DNA of 64,000 nt from Candidatus Woesearchaeota archaeon (GTDB lineage: Archaea > Nanobdellota > Nanobdellia > Woesearchaeales > GW2011-AR4). The stretch spans positions 98,644 to 162,643 of the forward strand of contig JACPMX010000006.1 in NCBI GenBank assembly GCA_016185755.1, given 5' to 3'. The notes below the pieces were generated by a model. That model saw only the letters and a program-made list of their open reading frames with translations. It did no database searches and was not told the origin of the DNA. The translations under genes were made by a program, and so were the position numbers. Positions 34,989 through 42,373 of this stretch are shown piece by piece (position 1 is the first letter of the stretch; each line of letters begins with the position of its first letter).

Positions 34989-37130
34989 ATGAAATTCGGC
35001 TCAGGCTATTATTCCCACCATCCTGTGGTGGACTATTTCAATTCAATGGACCCTGAAAGCTACGGGGAAAAGCCGGCATATGGGGCAGACCTTGGGATAA
35101 AAGACATCGGAATGAGCGTTCCCATGGGGATTTCCGCTGCAAATGTCGCAGGCATTTACTCCAAGATAAGGATGGGGGCAGGCAACATAGAAATACAGTT
35201 CCCGGGATACAGGATGGGCTCAAGAAATGCGCAAACTCCCGAAATGCTTGGAGAAGACCAGAGGCAGGCAATAAGGGAGCTGTCCATGGCAAATGAAGTC
35301 AAATTCACAACACATGCCTCTTTCCAATTGATGGGGATGATGGGCAGGGATGAAAGGGGTAATTTTTCAATCTATAATGCAACCCAGGATTTGTTCGAGC
35401 TGAAAAGGGCAATTGATTTCCAGGCTGACATGGGCGGAGGCTCGGTTGTCATGCATTCAGGGGAATTTGAAAGGCCGATGACTGACATGTACCTCGACGA
35501 CGAAAGCGGAAGAATCAATCTTGCAAGGGACCCAAGCGGAAGGCTTCTGTTCAAGCAGGCCCATACGCAGGAAGTTGATGCAAGATTTGAGCTTCTTGAC
35601 GACAGGACGCATGCAAAGATAGAGACTGTGCAGAAAGACAGGCTTGTTGCACATCCTACTTGGAATACAGCTGAAAAAGATTATTGGGGAGCTGATCAAA
35701 AAGGAAATAGTGTTTTTATAAAACAAGGAGACTATATTGATTATCAAAAAAAACTCATTAATGACCCCTATGACCCGCTAAAAGGGCGCGTTCCAAAGTT
35801 CAACGAAAAAACACAGCTCTTTGAGTCAAAATTAAAGACATTTGAGGATTTCAGAAAAGAAGCAGAAGACTACAACAGGTTTCAGGAGAAAAAATTAGGA
35901 AGGAAGCTGAATTATTATGAAAAGATGTATCCTGAAGAAGCTTATGTTAAAGCTACTTTGGATTCACAGGAAAGCATAGCAAGAGGATGGCAGCTTCAGT
36001 TTTCTGCCACAGCTGACACTCAGATAAAGGCGCTGCAAAAACTCAGGGAGGCAAAAAAATTTTATGAAGACCTGCAGGCATCAACACCGCCGGAAGAGCA
36101 ATGGAAACTGCTGAGGCAGGATGATGAGCTTTACAGGGCCACGCACGGCTTTGTTGCGCCTGAAATGAAGACTCCGCTGGATCTGATTAAAAAGGCCGAG
36201 TTTGATGTTGAAAGGTCCCTTGAATATTACAGGACAACTGCTGCAGGACAGGGGCAGCAGGCAGAAGACACATATGAAACAAAGAAACACATAATCACTC
36301 CAATAAAAAGGCTGGAGAAGCATGGCGTGAGGATGTATGCAGAGGCAGGAGTGCATGCACTAAGAAAAACTCGCGACCCAAACAATCCTGTGACTGTCGC
36401 AATCGAGCACATTTTTCCTGAAAGATTTGGCGGCCATCTTGAAGAGTTGAAGTGGATAATAAAGAAATCAAGGGAGAGAATGGTTGATTTGCTGACGAAG
36501 CCGGAGATTGAATATGGTACAAGTTTAGCTCCAGAAGGGGCTACGCATGATACTAGACAGCCAAACCCTTATTACATGGGTGTAAGCAAGGAAGAAGCCG
36601 AGAAACTGGCTGAGAAGCACATAAAGGCAACACTTGACACAGGCCACATCAACCTTTGGAGAAAATACTGGCAGGATGATCCAAGAAAAACAAGGGAGCA
36701 GAATGAGTCTGCATTCAACAAATGGGTTCTTGACCAGGTTGAAAGCCTTGCAAGGGAAAAAATGGTCGGGAATGTGCACCTTGCAGACAACTATGGCTAC
36801 CATGATGACCATCTTGGGCCCGGGCAGGGCAACAGCCCAATAAAAGAGATAATGGCAATAGTCAAGAAATATGGCTATTCAAAGGCCATCACTGTTGAGC
36901 CCGGTGCGGATGCCTCGACTGACTTGAGCGACTTCCATGGCCTGATGAAGACATGGAGATTTTTCGGAAGCCCGGTTTACGGCATGGGTTTCAGAGGGGC
37001 AGGAGTTCCGCAGACCTGGAGCGATGTGCAGTATTCCTTCTTCGGCCAGAACAAGCCCCCTTACTACATATTTGGGGGCTATGCGCCAAGCAATGACTGG
37101 ACATTCTGGAGCGCAGTTCCTTTGGAATAA
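34989..37130 (+). CDS. xylose-isomerase-like TIM-barrel protein with large internal insertion
   Basis: N-terminal GAGNIEIQFPG...FTTHASF...GGGSVVMHSGE and C-terminal VAIEHIFPE...LDTGHINLW...NVHLADNYGYHDDHLGPGQG...ITVEPG match sugar-phosphate isomerase/AP-endonuclease-2 barrel motifs. About 300 aa intervene. Confidence 0.65.
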   Translation: MKFGSGYYSHHPVVDYFNSMDPESYGEKPAYGADLGIKDIGMSVPMGISAANVAGIYSKIRMGAGNIEIQFPGYRMGSRNAQTPEMLGEDQRQAIRELSMANEVKFTTHASFQLMGMMGRDERGNFSIYNATQDLFELKRAIDFQADMGGGSVVMHSGEFERPMTDMYLDDESGRINLARDPSGRLLFKQAHTQEVDARFELLDDRTHAKIETVQKDRLVAHPTWNTAEKDYWGADQKGNSVFIKQGDYIDYQKKLINDPYDPLKGRVPKFNEKTQLFESKLKTFEDFRKEAEDYNRFQEKKLGRKLNYYEKMYPEEAYVKATLDSQESIARGWQLQFSATADTQIKALQKLREAKKFYEDLQASTPPEEQWKLLRQDDELYRATHGFVAPEMKTPLDLIKKAEFDVERSLEYYRTTAAGQGQQAEDTYETKKHIITPIKRLEKHGVRMYAEAGVHALRKTRDPNNPVTVAIEHIFPERFGGHLEELKWIIKKSRERMVDLLTKPEIEYGTSLAPEGATHDTRQPNPYYMGVSKEEAEKLAEKHIKATLDTGHINLWRKYWQDDPRKTREQNESAFNKWVLDQVESLAREKMVGNVHLADNYGYHDDHLGPGQGNSPIKEIMAIVKKYGYSKAITVEPGADASTDLSDFHGLMKTWRFFGSPVYGMGFRGAGVPQTWSDVQYSFFGQNKPPYYIFGGYAPSNDWTFWSAVPLE

Positions 37131-37264
37131 ATGCAATTATCTTTTTATTATTTGTTTTTATTATTTTTTTATTGATTCTACAGTTATTGAGTCTTCGTTA
37201 ATGTTAATCGTCATTGTGTTTTTTGTGAAAAAGTTTAAATACATTAATTTCTGTATTGAAAAAT

Positions 37265-37768
37265 ATGATTGACAAGAAAGAGTTCACGAAGCTCTCTCCC
37301 GGGGAAAGGATAAAAAGGCTCAAGCTTTTGGAAGAGGAGAAGAAAAAGGAAGTTGACGAAATAGGGCACTTGATAAGGGACTCAATGCGCGAGCTCAAGA
37401 CTGACAAGCTGGCAGAGGAAGTTGCCCCGGAGCAAAAGGCTGTTGACATTTCAAGGCTTTTCGAGTCGAATGCAGGGCACAATCTTGAGTGGACTGCAAG
37501 AAAGGAAACAGCTTCATCGGGAAAAGGCAGTAAAGGCTATCAAACCTTTCTGCAAGTCCAGTATGACTACACAAAGCTGAAGAAATTCGAGTATGCGCTG
37601 TCTGTCGAAGGCACGCTTACACAGGAGCAGCTTGCATCGATTGGCCAGATAGGCGAAAGGATAAACAGGGCAGAAAGGTACATGACAGATTCGGAAAAGA
37701 CTGCGAGCAAGCTTGATGCAAGCAGAATTGTCCTTTACAAGCTGAAGAAAGAGACTGGACTTGACTAG
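37265..37768 (+). CDS. hypothetical charged/coiled-coil protein
   Basis: ORF with its first ATG at 37265 (TTG at 37256). Lys/Glu-rich N-terminus. Confidence 0.45.
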   Translation: MIDKKEFTKLSPGERIKRLKLLEEEKKKEVDEIGHLIRDSMRELKTDKLAEEVAPEQKAVDISRLFESNAGHNLEWTARKETASSGKGSKGYQTFLQVQYDYTKLKKFEYALSVEGTLTQEQLASIGQIGERINRAERYMTDSEKTASKLDASRIVLYKLKKETGLD

Positions 37769-38382
37769 GATGTTGAAATTTTGAGCAGATACATGACCGT
37801 GTCAAGCCTCATCCAAAGCTTGAACTGCTCCCATTCTGCGGAATTCATGCCTGCCATCGGGACAAGGGATGACTTGTCTATAGGGGTCTTGGAATTGAAG
37901 TATCTTATGTATTTTGCCCCATTGTCCATCAGCTGCTTGTCTGCAAGGAAAAATCCCGAGTCATCAAGCTGCACATTTTTTTCTGCGACTACCTCTTCTT
38001 CATTTTGATAGGAACTACTTGCCCTGAATTTTCCAAGGTAGCTGAACAGTTTGCCATAGTCCACGTATGAAGCTTTAGGCGAAGCTCCGTAGCCTTTCGA
38101 TGCAGACCCATATCCCCCGCTTGCAAACTCTGCGCCATCTTTAAGCATAGAGTAGGCTGTGCCGTTTTCTATGATTTTTTCTTTTCTTTCCCTTTTTGCC
38201 TTTTCAGCTGCATTTTTTATCAGTATGCCTACGATTGAAGAAATCGGAATCTCTGTTTTTTTTGAACCAGCTTTTGCAAGAGGCCTTTTTCCGGCTTTAA
38301 GCCTTGGCACCTTAACGGAAATTTTTTTAACCCTGACTTTGGAAAAATTTAACACCTTGTCTGCTAATGTATTTGACACCAA
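37765..38382 (-). CDS. hypothetical protein
   Basis: 205-aa ORF with a TTG start, no motif. Confidence 0.4.
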   Translation of the reverse strand: MVSNTLADKVLNFSKVRVKKISVKVPRLKAGKRPLAKAGSKKTEIPISSIVGILIKNAAEKAKRERKEKIIENGTAYSMLKDGAEFASGGYGSASKGYGASPKASYVDYGKLFSYLGKFRASSSYQNEEEVVAEKNVQLDDSGFFLADKQLMDNGAKYIRYFNSKTPIDKSSLVPMAGMNSAEWEQFKLWMRLDTVMYLLKISTS

Positions 38383-38486
38383 ACCACCTGTTGGATATTA
38401 TATCCAATATAGCATGTATTTATAGTTTTTGGTTAAGCTTATTAATAAGCTGGATTTTAGCTCGAAATAACATCAAATAAACATCA

Positions 38487-38550
38487 AATCTGCCTTCGGC
38501 CAATTTTGTGCTCGGTCTCGCTGTTTGCACACACGCTCGACCTCGCTTAT
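38487..38550 (+). repeat. dispersed two-hairpin repeat family, copy C
   Basis: AATCTGCCTTCGGCCAATTTTGTGCTCGGTCTCGCTGTTTGCACACACGCTCGACCTCGCTTAT. Hairpins GCC/GGC and GGTC/GACC with an enlarged loop. Confidence 0.6.
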
Positions 38551-38572
38551 TTATTCAATAATATTTTATTCA

Positions 38573-39118
38573 ATGATATTTAAAATGAACGGCATTGCCT
38601 TCAGCCAGATAAAAAAAGAGTACGACGGCTTCTACAGGCAGCTCCTGCAGAAAGGAAGGCTTCCCATGTGGAGCACTTCAAAAGGCTTCTGGAATGCGTC
38701 TATAGCTGATGAAGTTTATGAGGCTTTCAAAAAAATCAGCCTTGGCAAGTTCAAAAATTTTCTCGACATCGGGAGCGGAGACGGAAAAATTGTCCTTATT
38801 GCCTCTTTGTTCTGCGATAATGCAGAGGGCGTGGAAATAGACAGATTTTTGCACAACAGGGCAGTCGAGGCAAGGAACAGGCTTAAAATTACCAATGCCG
38901 TTTTCCACAACAAGGACTTTTTCGGGCATGATTTCTCGAAGCATGACATACTATTCTCAGCCCCGGACGTTCCCATGGAAAGGGGCCTGGAAAACAAGCT
39001 GCTCAATGAAATGAAAGGAAATCTTCTGCATTACGGGAACCATTTCCATCCGAGATTTTTGAAGAAGGAATCAGGCTTCATGGTGAACGGGACGATGGTT
39101 TCTGTTTATGTGAAATAA
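38573..39118 (+). CDS. SAM-dependent methyltransferase-like protein
   Basis: FLDIGSGDGKIVLIASLF is a motif I-like glycine loop. The ATG at 38573 was chosen because the TTG at 38525 lies inside repeat copy C. Confidence 0.6.
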   Translation: MIFKMNGIAFSQIKKEYDGFYRQLLQKGRLPMWSTSKGFWNASIADEVYEAFKKISLGKFKNFLDIGSGDGKIVLIASLFCDNAEGVEIDRFLHNRAVEARNRLKITNAVFHNKDFFGHDFSKHDILFSAPDVPMERGLENKLLNEMKGNLLHYGNHFHPRFLKKESGFMVNGTMVSVYVK

Positions 39119-39162
39119 CCCAAAAACAAAAATTTAAAAATAGTAACTACTTCTTAGTAAAT

Positions 39163-39834
39163 ATGGCTGAAACTAAAGCGTTAGCTACTATAAATAAAAA
39201 TGGAGGTTATTTAAGGCTATTGCAAGGCATTAGAAATTATTTCTTGGCTTCCAACTCTAAAGAGCAGTTAAATTACAGATTACGCATTTTTTATAAACTT
39301 TTGTCACCTCTTTTCTTAAGAAATGGGCCTAGAAGAAAGCAGGATTTTGATGTAATTGAAAGACTGGAATTTTTTTATCAAAATACCGAAACAGGCGATA
39401 GAGTTGTCGACGTTGGATGTTTTGATGGATACTTCTCTCAAAAATTGACTCAAAAAGGCTGCAGGGTAGTTGGAGTAGACTCTTTGGATTTAGTTGTTCA
39501 AAAAACAATTTTTGACGACCAGGAAACAAGGTATGTTGCAGCGTTTGGAGAGGAAATCCCTTTTGGAGATAGCAAATTTGATGTAGGGATATATTCTCAT
39601 GTTTTAGAGCATGTATTTGACCCGGAATTGGTTTTAATTGAGGCAAGAAGAATAATCAAACCTGGCGGCAAGATTATAGTTGTGGTCCCATTTGGTATGG
39701 GAGTTGATGCAAATCATTTGAGGGAATATGATAGGGATGGTTTAGTTGGAATGGTGTCAAAATTTTTTCCGGAGGTAACTTACTTTAGTAGCATTGGGGA
39801 TGGTCATGGCTGCATAGGCATTAAACCTAAATAA
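39163..39834 (+). CDS. class I SAM-dependent methyltransferase
   Basis: VVDVGCFDGYFSQKL, FDVGIYSHVLEHVFDP, IKPGGKIIVVVP. Confidence 0.75.
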   Translation: MAETKALATINKNGGYLRLLQGIRNYFLASNSKEQLNYRLRIFYKLLSPLFLRNGPRRKQDFDVIERLEFFYQNTETGDRVVDVGCFDGYFSQKLTQKGCRVVGVDSLDLVVQKTIFDDQETRYVAAFGEEIPFGDSKFDVGIYSHVLEHVFDPELVLIEARRIIKPGGKIIVVVPFGMGVDANHLREYDRDGLVGMVSKFFPEVTYFSSIGDGHGCIGIKPK

Positions 39835-40671
39835 TCATTTAAAAACCATGATCCCGTACTGGGGGCCCTCTATATTGACATCACTCACTACAAAGCTGTT
39901 CTTGCCGATAATTTTCAATTCCCTGTTTGATGCGAGCAGGAAATACAATTTGCTTTTTGATGTGGTAAGCAGATCGCTGTAAACGATTACGTCGCTGATT
40001 TTTTCGTGTTTTCTCAGGAGAAAAACCCCCTCTTCTGCCGTGTAAATGACTGTGCTTTGCAGTATGCCTGCAAACATCGCAGCAAGCTGTTCGGAATGCC
40101 TTTGGATTATCTTAAGGTTGTTTTTTGCGGTTTCGATAGAGGGGCTGCATTGGAAGCTGTGGGGAAAATGGCTCAAAATGGAAACATCAAAATGCCTTGC
40201 CGCAACATTTGTGTAGAACGGGAATTCATATCCTTCAGAGTTTTCAAGCGCCTTCAGCGTCAAGTCAGTATTCTCCTCATTGAAATTCTGCGCGAAAAAC
40301 TCGCAGCAGCATTTTGGATATCCGAGCAATAGCCCAAGCTCCACGTGATTGCCCCTTTCCTCCATTAGCCTGGCTTTTTCCGCAGTCTCCATGCTTTTTG
40401 ACAAATAAACAAAAAAATAGCCTTTTCTTTCGTCATTTTTCGGGATTTTTACCGACCTGTCGGAATAAAACTCGCTCTGTGCAGTTTGCTTTAGAACTTT
40501 GAAGCCTGAGACAGCAACATTAATTTCTTTTGATTTTAAAAATTCGAGAGCCTTTGCAAGCCCGTCTTCCGAAACAAGTATCCTGGAGCATGGCTTTGCA
40601 TTCTCCATTACATACAAAACTTCGAGAGATTTTATTATGGAATGGAAAACCTGCTGGAGCTGCTGAATCAT
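39835..40671 (-). CDS. hypothetical protein with GYPxCC motif (DUF483-like)
   Basis: LLLGYPKCCCEFFAQNF. The family assignment is from memory only. Confidence 0.5.
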   Translation of the reverse strand: MIQQLQQVFHSIIKSLEVLYVMENAKPCSRILVSEDGLAKALEFLKSKEINVAVSGFKVLKQTAQSEFYSDRSVKIPKNDERKGYFFVYLSKSMETAEKARLMEERGNHVELGLLLGYPKCCCEFFAQNFNEENTDLTLKALENSEGYEFPFYTNVAARHFDVSILSHFPHSFQCSPSIETAKNNLKIIQRHSEQLAAMFAGILQSTVIYTAEEGVFLLRKHEKISDVIVYSDLLTTSKSKLYFLLASNRELKIIGKNSFVVSDVNIEGPQYGIMVFK

Positions 40672-40720
40672 AAAAATAAAAAAATACTGGTTTTTATAAG
40701 TTTATGTTTTAATCTTGCTA

Positions 40721-41437
40721 TTAGTGAAATTTTAATTCAACACGAGCCGGATGTTGAGGGTTTCTCAAGCTATATTCTCCTGGATTTAATGGCCTCTGAA
40801 AAGGCGACTTTCCATACCTTACCATGAATATGCTTTCCTCAATTTCATGTAAAGCAGCAGGGTCATAATCCTCGGTCTTTTGCGCCCTATCAGGATTACC
40901 CTTATAAAGATTATTCCTTATCCTTTCAAATACCCTTGCCAATGGCTCAAGCAAAGACTTAAAATAAGCGTGCGCCGCTTGCCTAATTTGTCTTGCACGC
41001 ATATATTCTCCTTGAACATAATTATCGTATCGGTAACTTTCTCGGGATTGCCCTATAGTATTTTCAACCGCATCATCTATAGTTGTAGGTTTTTGTGACT
41101 TATTTTGATGCTCCTCTCTTCTAAGTTCTGCTGGCTTCACCCCTGAAAGCCTTGCCTCATCATAGAGCTGGTCTGGAACATCGGCTCTTGGATTTGATTT
41201 CTTGCTCCACCATTTCTGTAACTCCGAACTGCCTAAAACACCTTTGCTGGCAAGATAATCCAGCCAATTTTCATATGTAACGGTGGCTAGAAGGCTTGGA
41301 GTTTTTGACGGCCTGTTATCAAGTGGATCCCTTTGAGTAGAATTGACCAAACGAGAAACCACTCCTTGATTTATCCCCATTCCGGAATCTGCCGGCCGGC
41401 TTGCATATGATGTAGGAGCTATCATGTATTTGCCCAT
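40721..41437 (-). CDS. hypothetical protein
   Basis: ORF with an ATG at 41437 (TTG at 41446). No motif. Confidence 0.45.
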   Translation of the reverse strand: MGKYMIAPTSYASRPADSGMGINQGVVSRLVNSTQRDPLDNRPSKTPSLLATVTYENWLDYLASKGVLGSSELQKWWSKKSNPRADVPDQLYDEARLSGVKPAELRREEHQNKSQKPTTIDDAVENTIGQSRESYRYDNYVQGEYMRARQIRQAAHAYFKSLLEPLARVFERIRNNLYKGNPDRAQKTEDYDPAALHEIEESIFMVRYGKSPFQRPLNPGEYSLRNPQHPARVELKFH

Positions 41438-41566
41438 ATCCTGCAATTAACAATAATGATATTTAAACCTTTTTGTCACTATCTTAAAACAGCAACAAAA
41501 CCTTTTATATTGCCAGCAATAATTTTATAAAGGAACAGATTAAAGACTACAAAAAAAGAGGCTTAA

Positions 41567-42373
41567 ATGAAATTTGATATTCCCAAGAAAGAGCATCCCA
41601 ACCTTGAGAGATATTACAAGGAGGATGTCGACACTGCGTACAGGTTTGCGAATGAAATATACAAGGAGCTTGGCAGCCTGATAAGGGGGGTTATAATATT
41701 CGGCTCCACTGCAAGAAGGACCAAAGGGCCCGGCGGCGATATAGACATTCTTGTCATAATCGATGATTTAACAATGAGCATGTCGCCGGAAGTTGTCGAG
41801 GCATACAGGCTTATTGTGCAGAAATCAATTGTCAGCATCTCAACCAAGCTGCATATAACAACGATGCGCTTCACTGCATTCTGGGAATACATGAGAAACG
41901 GCGACCCTATTGCCATAAACCTATTAAGGGACGGAGTTGCGCTGATTGACTCAGGCTTTTTTGACCCGATGCAGGCGCTTCTTAAGAGGGGGAAGATAAG
42001 GCCTACGCAGGAAAGCATCTGGACATATTATACAAGGGCGCCAAATACCCTGCACAACTCAAAATGGCATTTATTGCAGGGAGTTATCGACCTGTACTGG
42101 GCAGTGATTGACGCGGCCCATGCCGCATTGATGAAAATAGGCGAGATTCCGCCAACACCCGAGCATGTTGCTGACCTGATGGAGCAGAAGCTTGTGAAGG
42201 CAAAGCTGCTTGAGCACAAGTATGTAACAATAATGAGGAATTTCTACAGGCTTATGAAGATGGTCACCCACCGCGAGATTGTCGAGATAAAAGGCGAGGA
42301 ATTTGACCGGTATTACAAGGTGGCGGAAGATTTTGTCCAGAGAATGAGAAAACTGATTGAGCACAGCAAGTAA
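41567..42373 (+). CDS. minimal nucleotidyltransferase fused to a helical HEPN-like domain
   Basis: GVIIFGSTARRTKGPGGDIDILVIID (the G-S ... D-x-D NTase motif), followed by an all-helical C-terminal half. Confidence 0.65.
   Translation: MKFDIPKKEHPNLERYYKEDVDTAYRFANEIYKELGSLIRGVIIFGSTARRTKGPGGDIDILVIIDDLTMSMSPEVVEAYRLIVQKSIVSISTKLHITTMRFTAFWEYMRNGDPIAINLLRDGVALIDSGFFDPMQALLKRGKIRPTQESIWTYYTRAPNTLHNSKWHLLQGVIDLYWAVIDAAHAALMKIGEIPPTPEHVADLMEQKLVKAKLLEHKYVTIMRNFYRLMKMVTHREIVEIKGEEFDRYYKVAEDFVQRMRKLIEHSK

Noticed and set aside
20261-38550. Reading the CCTTCGG core of the dispersed repeat as a C(UUCG)G tetraloop
   Set aside because: With the flanking complementary bases the best pairing leaves a three-nucleotide TTC loop. 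Closing a UUCG tetraloop would break the outer pairs in most copies.
38525-38572. TTG start of the methyltransferase-like ORF at 38525
   Set aside because: The first 16 codons lie inside repeat copy C, so the ATG at 38573 is preferred.
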